64,000 nt of DNA, from contig JBDHAC010000004.1 in the NCBI GenBank assembly GCA_039588275.1, positions 1 to 64,000 on the forward strand. The letters are read 5' to 3'. The stretch's first letter is position 1, and each line of letters begins with the position of its first letter. The notes beneath the pieces are model-generated. The model was not told where the DNA came from. It did no database searches and saw only the letters and a list, made by a program, of their open reading frames with translations. Source of the stretch: Gemmatimonadota bacterium. GTDB lineage: Bacteria > Gemmatimonadota > Gemmatimonadetes > Palauibacterales > Palauibacteraceae. The position numbers and the translations under genes were made by a program. Shown piece after piece: positions 55,158 to 64,000 of this stretch.

Positions 55158-56492
55158 CTACGGGTTATCCGAGCCATCCGCCGAACGATCGTCCGGGTTC
55201 CGGATCGACTTGTCCCACTTCCATGTCTCCGGCTCGTCGGTCGGAATCGGCGGCGCGTCATCGAGCGGCTGCACGATCCTCGGCGTCACCAGCACGAGTA
55301 GCTCCGACCGATTCTGGCGCATGTTCTTCGACTTGAACAGCTCACCGAGGATCGGGATGTCACCCAGGATCGGTATTTGGGCCACGTCTTCGATCAGCGT
55401 GTTGTCGACCAGACCGGCGATCGCGAACGTCTGCCCATCCTCGAGCTCGATGGTGGTCTCCGCCTTCCTCGAGAGGAGAGAGGGGATCCGGAAACCCTGG
55501 ATGGTCAGGCCGTTGGCGAAGTCCAGCGAGGAGACTTCGGGTGCGACCCACAGCCGGATCGCGCCGGAATTCGTGATGTCCGGAACGAAGCTGAGCCGGA
55601 TCCCGAACTCCTTGAACTGGATCGTGACCGCGTTGCTCGCCGCGCCACCTTGCAGGGTGGGGAAGGGGAACTCTCCCCCAGCCAGGAAGGACGCCGACTC
55701 GGCTGGCATCGCGAGCAGGTTGGGCTCGGCGAGGCTCTTGAACAACCCCCTGTTCTCGAGCGCCTGTACGAACGCCGCGACGCGCGAAGGGTCGTGGAAG
55801 ATGAAGAAGTTCACCGCGTCAGAGAACGCCTCGGCGATCGGTGCGCCAGGCTGATCCTGATCGGCCGACCGGACGTTGTCGACGGGCCCGATGACGACGT
55901 CGACATTGCTACCGTCCCGCGTCAACAGGGTTGGTCCGAGCTCCTCCAGCCAGCTCCGGCTCACCTCGGCAAATCGCACTTGGAGGAGGATCTGTCCGAG
56001 ATCCGGTACCGCCATGTTGTCGATGATCTGGACATCGCCCAGGCTACGGGCCAGCTGCAGCGCTCGGCGCGCCACCTGTCGATCCTGCACCTGACCGGAG
56101 AGGATCACGGTGTTCACGATCGCGGACGCCTGGATCGTCTCGTCAGGGAATAGGCGCTCGAACTCTCGCTGCAGCGAGGCCGCGTCCGCAGTCACTCGGA
56201 CCGTGTAGCTCGCTCGCGAGCCCGCCCGGTCCCAGATGAACAAGGTAGTCGAGCCCGGCGACTTCGCGGTCACGACGATCTCCGTGCCGGAGACGGGCAC
56301 CACGTCCGCCACGTCCGGATTCCCGATCGAGACGCGGGCCATCGTCGCGCCGACCGTGACGACCGTAGAGTTGCCCGTCGGGAGCACGATCTCCTGGCTC
56401 ACCTGAGCCTCGAGCGCTCCTCCGCTCAGGGCCACCCAGGTCGCGACCAGGGCGATCCCCACCACACGCCGTATCTTCATCCCGTTCACCAT
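55158..56492 (-). CDS. rcpA: Tad secretin RcpA/CpaC
   Basis: RVSIGNPDVAD, GSTTLFIW, QILLQVRFAEVSR, LAEPNL, FLAGGEFP, FKEFGIRL, DGQTFAIAGL, PILGELFKS, ELLVLVTP. Start could also be 56540 or 56480. Confidence 0.93.
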   Translation of the reverse strand: MVNGMKIRRVVGIALVATWVALSGGALEAQVSQEIVLPTGNSTVVTVGATMARVSIGNPDVADVVPVSGTEIVVTAKSPGSTTLFIWDRAGSRASYTVRVTADAASLQREFERLFPDETIQASAIVNTVILSGQVQDRQVARRALQLARSLGDVQIIDNMAVPDLGQILLQVRFAEVSRSWLEELGPTLLTRDGSNVDVVIGPVDNVRSADQDQPGAPIAEAFSDAVNFFIFHDPSRVAAFVQALENRGLFKSLAEPNLLAMPAESASFLAGGEFPFPTLQGGAASNAVTIQFKEFGIRLSFVPDITNSGAIRLWVAPEVSSLDFANGLTIQGFRIPSLLSRKAETTIELEDGQTFAIAGLVDNTLIEDVAQIPILGDIPILGELFKSKNMRQNRSELLVLVTPRIVQPLDDAPPIPTDEPETWKWDKSIRNPDDRSADGSDNP

Positions 56493-56536
56493 CAGTCGAA
56501 CCCTCTCTCGCTCACACCCAACGCCGCTTCCGTAGA

Positions 56537-57388
56537 TCACGACCCACCTCCGCCGCCGCCTTCGACGGGTTCGACCGATTTCGCGGGACCTCTGTAGACT
56601 TCGACCGACACGCCGGTTGGCTCTCGCGGCACCACCCGCCGCGCGCCTGCAGGTGTGGTCACGCGCCGCGTCGTGATCAGCTCGCGCGTCCGGACGCCCT
56701 GAGTCTCCACCGTGTCCCGATCCAGCGTGTTTCGAAGTGCCAGACGGATCTTGCCGCGGTCCTCCGCGTGTGTGAGCCGCTCCGCATCGTCCGGATCCAC
56801 CAGCAGCGTCACGACGGGGACCAGGACGGCCTGGTTCTCATCGTTGGTCGTTGTCATCTGGCCGATCCCCAGGACCTGGATGTCCTGAAGAACCACCTGC
56901 GTGATCGGCTCCCCGACCTGCGCGCCCTCCCCCAGAGTCACGAGAACATCGACGCGCTGGTGCGGCTGGACGAAGCCGGCCACCCCGATCACGTCGTTCA
57001 CTCGCACGGCCATCGCCCGCATGCCCTCGTCGATTCCCAGCGGCACGCCGGCCCCCGCCTCGGGGCTGGCCACCTTGCTGGACAGGAAAGGCTCGTTCAG
57101 GCGAAGCGGCATCAGGAGCCCGCGCCCGACGACCTCCTCGGGGGTACTGGCAAACCCCTCGGGCACGACGGAGGCGGGCCAGTCGATCATCCGAATGTCT
57201 TGCTGCGTGATGAGCTCCCCGAAGTTCATGTCGCGGTTCGCGACCACGACCTGGACGGTCGGAGCTTCAGAGGCCTGAATCACGCCCGGCACCGCGGGCT
57301 GTCGAAGGAAGCGGAACGCCAGATACGCCGCCAACAGGCCCGACACCAGCGCCAGTACCAGAATCACTCCCACACGATTTCGCATCAT
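56537..57388 (-). CDS. cpaB: Flp pilus assembly protein CpaB/RcpC
   Basis: TM anchor, SAF domain (VVVANRDM), GMRAMAVRVNDVIGVAGF, VDVLVT, VLQDIQVL, VTLLV, IRLALRN. Confidence 0.93.
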   Translation of the reverse strand: MMRNRVGVILVLALVSGLLAAYLAFRFLRQPAVPGVIQASEAPTVQVVVANRDMNFGELITQQDIRMIDWPASVVPEGFASTPEEVVGRGLLMPLRLNEPFLSSKVASPEAGAGVPLGIDEGMRAMAVRVNDVIGVAGFVQPHQRVDVLVTLGEGAQVGEPITQVVLQDIQVLGIGQMTTTNDENQAVLVPVVTLLVDPDDAERLTHAEDRGKIRLALRNTLDRDTVETQGVRTRELITTRRVTTPAGARRVVPREPTGVSVEVYRGPAKSVEPVEGGGGGGS

Positions 57389-57572
57389 CCGCCTCTCGAT
57401 TCCTCTTGGATCGCCGCTGCCTTTGCCCGTCAGCGATATGTCTTGGATCGTTCTTTAGATTATGTACTCACGCGGTACACGACTCGGACTTCGATCCGCA
57501 TCGCTCGCGAGCGAGGGGATCGGCATCGCAACTGTCCTTCTCTCTACTCGGTCCTCATCGGCGACCGAATCG

Positions 57573-58073
57573 TCAGGGTTCGTTCCTCATCGTCGAACGA
57601 GCGGTCAGGGTGATCGTCGTGTAATTGGTGCCGCACCCCACACACATCAGATCAAGAACCGGACCGAGGACCACGAACTGGTGCACGTAATCGATTTCCA
57701 CCGTTTCAGATGGGTTGTTCGGCGTCCCGAAAGCGCACAGACTGCCAGGCACCCCCTGGCAGTAGTACGTGATAGTCGCGGTCGGGGGGCCGGAGGCCAG
57801 CCCGCTCTGCGTGAGCAGGGTCGTGACATGATTGTCCACGCCAGCCTGATTCTGGTTGGGCATGACGCCCATCCTCACCCCCTCGCGGGCGACGTTCGTG
57901 ATGACCTGGTACGTGCGCCATGCAGCGGCGAACTCGATGATCCCGAACACGATCACCAGCAGGATCGGTAAGGCGAGGACGAACTCCACGAGCGACTGCC
58001 CTCGCTCGAGCTTGCGCCCGCGGAGTTGAGCTGCCCGACGCCTGGTCGAGTGCCACGTTCTCCTGTTGGTCAT
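57573..58073 (-). CDS. tadE: TadE-like pseudopilin
   Basis: RGQSLVEFVLALPILL...GIIEF...NVAREGVR; ATG overlaps the cpaA stop. Confidence 0.9.
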   Translation of the reverse strand: MTNRRTWHSTRRRAAQLRGRKLERGQSLVEFVLALPILLVIVFGIIEFAAAWRTYQVITNVAREGVRMGVMPNQNQAGVDNHVTTLLTQSGLASGPPTATITYYCQGVPGSLCAFGTPNNPSETVEIDYVHQFVVLGPVLDLMCVGCGTNYTTITLTARSTMRNEP

Positions 58074-58654
58074 CCCAGCCAGCCTTGTAATGTCCCGATC
58101 AGGGACCACTCCGGACTTGTCCCGTACACGAACCACGAAGTCACCGCGCCGACGGCTATCGCGACGCCGTATGGCACGGTCAGCACGTCTGGCGTGTCGA
58201 GGGTGACCGCCGCCCCCGATTCCGCCCCTTTCCAGCCGCTGAACGTCCGCGCGCCGAACGTCACAATGATCGCGTGCAGATTGGACAGGGTTTGGCGAAA
58301 CGCCCGATGCTTCATGATCATCAAGATCGCCATCACCCCACCGACCAGCGCCATCACGAGCAACGCGAACCAGATCCGCTGGGGGCCCAGGAAAGCGCCC
58401 ACCGCGGTCAGTAGCTTCACGTCCCCACCACCCAGCCCCCCGGTCAGGAAGAACGGGAGGGCGAGGCCGAAACCGATCCCCGCCCCGGCCAGCCCACCAC
58501 TCAACGAAGCGAGGCCATCCGGCACCCGCAGCAGGAGCGCGAGCACCAGCGCACCGACGGTCAGCACGTTCGGGAGCCGTCGCTCGCGCAGGTCGAACCA
58601 GATTGCTGCAAGCGCCACGGCGCTCAGAGCGCCGCCCATCAGTGCCGTCAGCAC
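58070..58654 (-). CDS. cpaA: Prepilin peptidase CpaA/TadV (peptidase A24)
   Basis: DLRERRLPN, GGLGGGDVKL, VPYGVAIAVG. Confidence 0.93.
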   Translation of the reverse strand: MLTALMGGALSAVALAAIWFDLRERRLPNVLTVGALVLALLLRVPDGLASLSGGLAGAGIGFGLALPFFLTGGLGGGDVKLLTAVGAFLGPQRIWFALLVMALVGGVMAILMIMKHRAFRQTLSNLHAIIVTFGARTFSGWKGAESGAAVTLDTPDVLTVPYGVAIAVGAVTSWFVYGTSPEWSLIGTLQGWLG

Positions 58655-58799
58655 CCTCTACCTTACAGCTCGAGCGCGCGCTTCATCGCGTAATCCTCAC
58701 CGTCGGCCACAAACTACGTGGGCCAGCGCGTCGAGGCGAAACGAGCGCGGGTCAAAGGAGACATCGTCTTCGACCGGGCGCGTGTGTTCACGCAGATGC

Positions 58800-58982
58800 C
58801 TAGGAACCGCCCGACGTCGTGTTCAGAGTCGAGGCTGCGTTGCCGAACGCACCGTTGATTCCGGACGCCAGCACGGTCATCCCCGCTGTGATGGCGAGGG
58901 CGATCAACACGACCAACAGAACGTACTCCGTAGCGTCCTGCCCGGACTCATCCTTCCAGAGTCGAGTAAGAACCCGCGACAT
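58800..58982 (-). CDS. flp: Flp family type IVb pilin
   Basis: MSRVLTRLWKDESG|QDATEYVLLVVLIALAITAG...: prepilin Gly cleavage site, E+5/Y+6 Flp motif, hydrophobic helix; AAGGAGGGG RBS. Confidence 0.93.
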   Translation of the reverse strand: MSRVLTRLWKDESGQDATEYVLLVVLIALAITAGMTVLASGINGAFGNAASTLNTTSGGS

Positions 58983-59086
58983 AAAACCCCTCCTTGACCT
59001 CGTTGGCCTGTGGCTTGGCCTCGTTAGCCTTCCCTGCCGAAACGCGGCCAAGCCGGTTCCGGCGGCAATGTCGGACACCCACTCAA

Positions 59087-59103
59087 TTGCACGAGCCGTT
59101 CCT
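59087..59103 (-). promoter_or_regulatory. Candidate sigma54 (-24/-12) promoter for the flp/tad operon
   Basis: Minus strand reads aGGAACggctcgTGCAa (GG-N10-GC), about 105 nt upstream of the flp ATG. Confidence 0.5.
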
Positions 59104-59632
59104 CTCTCTCGCTCGCGTGAGGCCTGCCGCCGCCGGTGGCCAGGTCACTGACCTGCCGCGCCGGTTGAACTCACGCTCGCGGCGCTCCTGTGAAGGATGT
59201 GTGCCACGCGACCGAGGCGAACCGCTTCACGCCCGCCGAGCGTGCCGCGGATACCTGTAGTCGTTGTGCTGCTTGAACCTACCGAACACCGGCGCCCCCC
59301 CGGCCATGCCGCGGATTCCGCCGCCGGGTGCGCAGCGGGCCTGCCGCCTGCTGTCGGGCGAAGGCACCGGTGTTGGCAGGACTCGACACTCGGATACTAA
59401 GCGGTTCCGGATAGTCAAGATAGAAAGTGTCGGGAGAGCGGTCTTCCGCCCCCCATCGCGGGGTTCAGACCTACGGATGTGGCCCTACTCCGCCGGATGC
59501 CCGTCAACCCTCGGGATGGGGACCGCCGCTGCCGCCGCGTCGGTGCCACATTCTCGGGGCAGATCTCCGCGCAGCGACAGCCCCGGCATGGTGTTGCGTG
59601 CGTCCCTCACTCGTAGGAGCAGGCTGCGCCGC

Positions 59633-61177
59633 TCAAGGCACGCAGAGCCCGTTTCCGTCGTGCTGGACATCGGGGACGGGCGTCCCCTTGAGGACGGCGA
59701 GCTGAGGACCATCCAACCGAGCGAAGACCCCACCCAGGTCGTCCTCGTACACTTTCTCCCAGCCCGGTTGGAGCGACATCAGATTGAACGTCGGTCGAGC
59801 CTTCGGAAACAGAACGAGATCGGTCGGGCGCTTTTCCAGCACGTCTTGCCATTCTCCGATTCCGTTCTGGAATCGGAGATACTCCGTGTAGATGCTGTCC
59901 GGGTACACGGTTTCCCGCCTCCCGTCCATCGAGATGCGGATCTCGGGGGCCAGGTGCCAGAGTGCGTACTCCCCCCAGTCGAAATACACCGCGAGGTTAC
60001 CCTCAACGCCGCTGCGGTCGAGCCATTCGACCGCGCGAGCCGGAAACGAGATGGAGCGCTGCGTGTCGATTCGAATGCAGCGGAGGTGCGGCGCACCACG
60101 CGCCGTGAACATGAGCGCGACGGCCAGGGTGAAGACGATGAGTACCGGGCGAAGTCGCGTAGTCGCCTCGGAAACGGGCTCCGGATCACGCGCCCACGAC
60201 GCAGCCATATGGTTAGCGAGGAGGACTCCGAAGCCGAGCGCGAAGAGCTGAAGGTGCCGCACCGCCGTGAGCGGTAGCACGGCCAGGACCGCGAAGAGCA
60301 GGAGCAGCGGCGGTCTGCGGGGCACGGTGCCGCGGAGCACGGCGAGACCCGCGAATAGGAGCGAGGCGAGGTATACGACTCCGCGTGGCGTTGCGATTTG
60401 GAGCGTCCGCCACTCGACGATGTCTGGCCGCGGAACCGTGCCCGTGCGGATGAGGAAGGACGGGAGGCCCCATCCGTAGGGATTGAGGAGCAGCGCGACG
60501 CTGCAGCCGGCCACCACAACCGCCGGGAGCCACAGCTCCCGCAGCCCATGGAAGCCGTCCGCCCGGAATCGAGGCCACGCCACCAGCGCTCTGCCGACGG
60601 CCCAGATTCCCACTACGCCGAGGCCGGCGAGGACCCCACCGTGGAAGTTGATCCACACCGCGAACAGCGGCGGGAGGAACCACAACGCGCGCTCCCGCCC
60701 CGTCTCGGCCGCATACAGGATGCGCAGGGTGATCAGGAACCCCAGGTAGGTGAAAGCCTGAGGACGAATGGTCGTCAGACCCGGTATCAGGAGCACGACG
60801 ACGGGAAGGAGGACCAGACCGGCGCGCAACCCGTCGAGTCCCGCCCGACACAGGTGCCGGTACACGAGTCCCGCGATGAGAAGCGCCAGCGCGAGCTTGA
60901 ACAGCAGGAGCGCGCGTCCGCCGCCCAGCGCGTACAAGCCGGCGAACACCACCTCCGACAGCAATTCGTGGTTCACCCACTCATGGCCCGCCGTCAGGTA
61001 CGAGAACGGATCCTCGCGGATGACGGACCCGGCCGCCCATGTGAGCTGGCCGAACCGGATGTGACCCCAGAGGTCCGGATCCGCCACGGCAGGGACCAGG
61101 AGAAAGAAGGCGATCGCCAGCATGAGGAGCGTGATACTGCGCGACCACCATCCCGAAGTGACTCCCTCACCCTGCAT
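59633..61177 (-). CDS. Polytopic membrane protein resembling GT-C glycosyltransferases
   Basis: First TM followed by acidic loop DPDLWGH...DPFSY...WVNHELL; about 11-12 TMs with RPQAF, WINFHGG, LNPYG, IVEW, AVRH; soluble C-domain with DWGEY and DGRRETVY. Confidence 0.65.
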   Translation of the reverse strand: MQGEGVTSGWWSRSITLLMLAIAFFLLVPAVADPDLWGHIRFGQLTWAAGSVIREDPFSYLTAGHEWVNHELLSEVVFAGLYALGGGRALLLFKLALALLIAGLVYRHLCRAGLDGLRAGLVLLPVVVLLIPGLTTIRPQAFTYLGFLITLRILYAAETGRERALWFLPPLFAVWINFHGGVLAGLGVVGIWAVGRALVAWPRFRADGFHGLRELWLPAVVVAGCSVALLLNPYGWGLPSFLIRTGTVPRPDIVEWRTLQIATPRGVVYLASLLFAGLAVLRGTVPRRPPLLLLFAVLAVLPLTAVRHLQLFALGFGVLLANHMAASWARDPEPVSEATTRLRPVLIVFTLAVALMFTARGAPHLRCIRIDTQRSISFPARAVEWLDRSGVEGNLAVYFDWGEYALWHLAPEIRISMDGRRETVYPDSIYTEYLRFQNGIGEWQDVLEKRPTDLVLFPKARPTFNLMSLQPGWEKVYEDDLGGVFARLDGPQLAVLKGTPVPDVQHDGNGLCVP

Positions 61178-61424
61178 CGCACCACCGTGTCATGCTTGCC
61201 GCCCCCTTGTCGACTACCCGTCCATACTCACGGTTCACGCGTCGATTCACCACATGGCTCGTTCGGGCCCGAATCGCCACAGCGAACAGCCGCTCCTTTC
61301 GGACCGCTCCCTCGCAAGAACCTTGCAGGCCCACGCGAGCGTGCTCCAGCGTACATTGGAGTGGCGCAGGGCGCGAGGACGCTCGGGCCTCTTTCTTCGT
61401 GGGAACTGGCAAGCAGGGGATGGC

Positions 61425-62336
61425 GTGGCGAACTGGGCGATCGAACATCTTCTGTCGACGCAGAATCCCGATGGGGGATGGGCAGCCTATGCCCGGGGTC
61501 CGAGCCGCACCGAACCGTCGGCGCTGGCCGCGATGGCGCTACGTCTCACCGAGGAGACGGCTCGGGGCACGAGCACCGAGGCCAGCCTCGCCTGGCTGAG
61601 GCGTCACCAGGACCCGTCCGGCGGCTGGCCCGCGATGGAGGGCCAGCGGGCCGATAGCTGGATGACAAGCCTCGCGACGCTCGCTGTGTCACACTTCGAG
61701 CCCGAAGGCGAACCCGCTCGACGCGGCGCGGACTGGCTACTGCGGCAGGAGGGCCAGACTGCCTCGTGGTGGGTGAGGCTGCTCGTTCGGTTGCGACCGC
61801 AGAGTCAGGCGGTCGAGCTCGATCCCGACCTCATCGGCTGGCCGTGGACGGAGGGGACGTTCAGCTGGATCGAGCCGACTGCGTACGCGCTCCTGGCACT
61901 GAAGCGGCTACGCCCCACCCTTCCCGCGAGATCCGCCGCCGGCCGGATCGAGATGGGGGAACGGATGATCATCGATCGCACCTGTCGCGGGGGCGGGTGG
62001 AACTACGGGAACTCGGTCGTTCTCGGCGAGGAGCTGTGGCCTTACCCGGATACCACGGCCCTCGCGCTACTCGCGCTGCAGGGACGCGCGTCGCCGGAGA
62101 TCGATTCGAGCCTGACGAGGCTGTCGCGAATGCTGGAGGAGAACCGCTCCCTGCTAGCCGTATCCCTCGCGACGCTCTGTCTTCGCGCGTACGACCGGGC
62201 CGTTGGGGCGCTGCAGTCCGAGCTGACCGCGCGCGCCGGGCCGGAGACGGCGATGTTCGAGACCCGGCCGATCGCGCTGGCGGCCTTGGCGCTTGTCGAG
62301 AGTACGTCGCCCTGGAAGGTCGCGCGCGATGGTTGA
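61425..62336 (+). CDS. Prenyltransferase/squalene-cyclase (QW) repeat alpha/alpha-barrel protein
   Basis: QW-type repeats LLSTQNPDGGW, LRRHQDPSGGW, GGGWNYGN; GWPWTEGTFSWIEPTAYALLAL; start placed at GTG 61425. Confidence 0.75.
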   Translation: MANWAIEHLLSTQNPDGGWAAYARGPSRTEPSALAAMALRLTEETARGTSTEASLAWLRRHQDPSGGWPAMEGQRADSWMTSLATLAVSHFEPEGEPARRGADWLLRQEGQTASWWVRLLVRLRPQSQAVELDPDLIGWPWTEGTFSWIEPTAYALLALKRLRPTLPARSAAGRIEMGERMIIDRTCRGGGWNYGNSVVLGEELWPYPDTTALALLALQGRASPEIDSSLTRLSRMLEENRSLLAVSLATLCLRAYDRAVGALQSELTARAGPETAMFETRPIALAALALVESTSPWKVARDG

Positions 62337-63342
62337 CCGGCGTGAGTTCGTCAAAGCCTCCGTCGCGATCGCGGCGGTCGGTGGATTGAACGCGTGTCGG
62401 CGCGACCAGCCGGGCTGGAGTCCCGATGCCGTTCGCAAGCCCGAGGTGTCGCCTGTAGCCATCCTCCCGGCCGAGCGGTACGACGAGGCGGCCCTGAAGG
62501 ACACGGTCACGCGCGGCGTGGAGATGTTCGGTCTGGACGTGCGGGATCGCCGCGTCGTCTTGAAGCCGAACCTGGTCGAGTTCGATCCCGGTGGCGTGAT
62601 CAACACGCATCCCACGCTGATCGCGGCGACGATCGAGGCATTTCGCAGCCTGGGAGCGCGCGAAGTGATCATGGCCGAAGGGCCCGGACACCGGCGCGAC
62701 AACGAATACCTCCTCCGGGCTTCAGGGATTCACGAGCAGCTCGAAGACATGGGAGCGCGCTTCGTGGATTTGAACCACGACGTCGTGCGTCGCGTCGCGC
62801 TGCGCTCGAGCTTCACCCGGCTCGGGGAGCTCTACCTTCCGGCCACTGTTCTCGACGCGGACCTGTTCGTCTCGATGCCGAAGCTCAAGACGCACCACTG
62901 GGCAGCCGTCACGCTTTCCATGAAGAACATGTTCGGGGTCGTGCCGGGCTCGCTGTACGGGTGGCCGAAGAACATCCTGCACTGGGTCGGGCTGGAGGGG
63001 AGCATCGTGGACATCAACGCGGCGTTGGACGTGCCGCGATTCAACATCGTGGATGGGATCGTGGGGATGGAGGGGAATGGGCCCATCCAGGGTGAAGCGA
63101 AACAGGTAGGGGTGGTCGTGTTCGGCGCCGATCCCGTGGCCGTAGACGCGACCTGCACACGGCTCATGAGCATCGACCCTTGGAGGGTCGGCTACCTGGC
63201 GGCGGTCGAACCCTTCCTCGGCAACCTCGCGACCGAGCGGATCGAGCAGCGGGGCGAGGATCTGTCCCCGCACCAGGCGGATTTCCGAGTTCTGGAGGGG
63301 TTTTCGCACACCAAGACGACACCCCCGATGGCCGCCGGCTGA
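62329..63342 (+). CDS. Tat-exported (lipo)protein, DUF362 family
   Basis: DRREFVK twin-arginine signal and GLNA-C lipobox; VVLKPNLV, INTHP, AEGPG, FVDLN, MPKLKTHHW, TLSMKNMFG, IVDGIVGMEGNGP, DPVAVD. Confidence 0.85.
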   Translation: MVDRREFVKASVAIAAVGGLNACRRDQPGWSPDAVRKPEVSPVAILPAERYDEAALKDTVTRGVEMFGLDVRDRRVVLKPNLVEFDPGGVINTHPTLIAATIEAFRSLGAREVIMAEGPGHRRDNEYLLRASGIHEQLEDMGARFVDLNHDVVRRVALRSSFTRLGELYLPATVLDADLFVSMPKLKTHHWAAVTLSMKNMFGVVPGSLYGWPKNILHWVGLEGSIVDINAALDVPRFNIVDGIVGMEGNGPIQGEAKQVGVVVFGADPVAVDATCTRLMSIDPWRVGYLAAVEPFLGNLATERIEQRGEDLSPHQADFRVLEGFSHTKTTPPMAAG

Positions 63343-63372
63343 GCGGCAGGGGGAAACCAGACGGACAGAACG

Positions 63373-63389
63373 CTGGCATACGGAATGCT
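63373..63389 (+). promoter_or_regulatory. Candidate sigma54 (-24/-12) promoter
   Basis: cTGGCATacggaaTGCt matches TGGCA-N7-TGC, about 105 nt upstream of the ATG at 63494. Confidence 0.55.
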
Positions 63390-63493
63390 CGCATGCCACT
63401 CTCGAACATGTCGGGGGTATGGAGGGCACGGTCGTGCGCGGAAGTCATCGAACGGACGCGCTCTCGATCGACGCTCGGATTCGGGATCGAGGG

Positions 63494-64000
63494 ATGATGA
63501 ACCTGTACTTCGGGGACATGCTGCCTCCCACTCGGGAGCTGAGGGCGGAACGACAGGGCGAGCAAGTCCTCGTCGGAACCGCTTCTCCAGTGCAGCTCGA
63601 GGTACGGATGGTCGCCCACCACCTCACCCCCCCGGGCACTGCCTGCATAGGCACGTTCCACGACGGGAGATCAATCGGGCGCTGTGCGATCCCGGAGGAG
63701 AGCGTCGAAGAGTTCCTCGGCATGGAGCTCTTCAAGCGGCCCGTATCGCTGGCGCTGAACGTCCGGCGAGGGGGACCGGGTCTCGAAGGCAATCTGCTCG
63801 CGCTGGTTCCGATGGATGCTCAGCTCGAGGAGCCTGAGGATGAGGCCCCCTGGAAGGCGAGCGTTCCTGGCGCTGGGTACGAAGCGGCTGCAGGCCTCGC
63901 GCCCGAAGAGGGGCAGCTCGTGGGGATCTTCCTCGGACAGATCGTCCGATTCGACAAGGATCGGCGGAGCCCCGACAATCTCCTTCGCGAAGCGGCCGAC
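63494..64000 (+). CDS. Hypothetical protein, truncated by window end (absent from the ORF track)
   Basis: Open frame from ATG 63494 (GAGGG upstream): MMNLYFGDMLPP...EDEAPWKASVPG...IFLGQIVRFDKDRRSPDNLLREAAD; high-GC codon usage and no stop before 64000. Confidence 0.7.
   Translation, partial: MMNLYFGDMLPPTRELRAERQGEQVLVGTASPVQLEVRMVAHHLTPPGTACIGTFHDGRSIGRCAIPEESVEEFLGMELFKRPVSLALNVRRGGPGLEGNLLALVPMDAQLEEPEDEAPWKASVPGAGYEAAAGLAPEEGQLVGIFLGQIVRFDKDRRSPDNLLREAAD

Noticed and set aside
57389..57572. c-di-GMP riboswitch between tadE and cpaB (GGGCAAA on the minus strand)
   Set aside because: Only a short motif matches; the GNRA/receptor two-stem architecture is not evident. The gap may simply hold an internal promoter.
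59264..60277. 337-aa plus-strand ORF and small ORFs in the flp upstream spacer
   Set aside because: Mostly antisense to the GT-C-like gene, with no RBS or recognisable motifs.

Overview
High-GC, gene-dense bacterial chromosomal window. A Gemmatimonadota-like origin is inferred from gene content and protein style only. No rRNA, tRNA or CRISPR array was seen. Left to right: (1) an accessory-looking patch with the probable 3' end of an IS1595-family element, an ABM-domain protein, an FMN alpha-hydroxy-acid dehydrogenase, two secreted proteases and a TolB/PD40 gene scar; (2) TonB plus two tandem PD40-propeller/amidohydrolase paralogs; (3) a long minus-strand run: PIG-L deacetylase, small membrane protein, Na+/solute symporter, fhs, ppa, Tat-exported PLP enzyme, pgi, gnd, zwf; (4) an FHA-protease, a VKOR-DsbA fusion and an outer-membrane protein; (5) a translationally coupled three-gene surface operon (single-FN3 lipoprotein, 7xFN3 protein ending in an orphan FN3 A-strand, Ig/TPR/beta-barrel protein); (6) cupin/SDR, ferritin, cls, lysophospholipase, an iodotyrosine-deiodinase-like flavoprotein, an AAA ATPase and an amino-acid dehydrogenase; (7) a Tad/Flp pilus locus extended by DUF192, a second ATPase, a coiled-coil membrane protein, a VWA-like lipoprotein and an unannotated 23-aa membrane peptide, and flanked upstream by a GT-C-like membrane protein, a prenyltransferase-repeat protein and a Tat-exported DUF362 protein. 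The best candidates for undescribed systems are a possible FN3 donor-strand surface-display/fibre system (31159-35755) and a possible Tad-pilin modification cassette (58800-63342). All product calls come from motif recognition by eye; no database searches were run.
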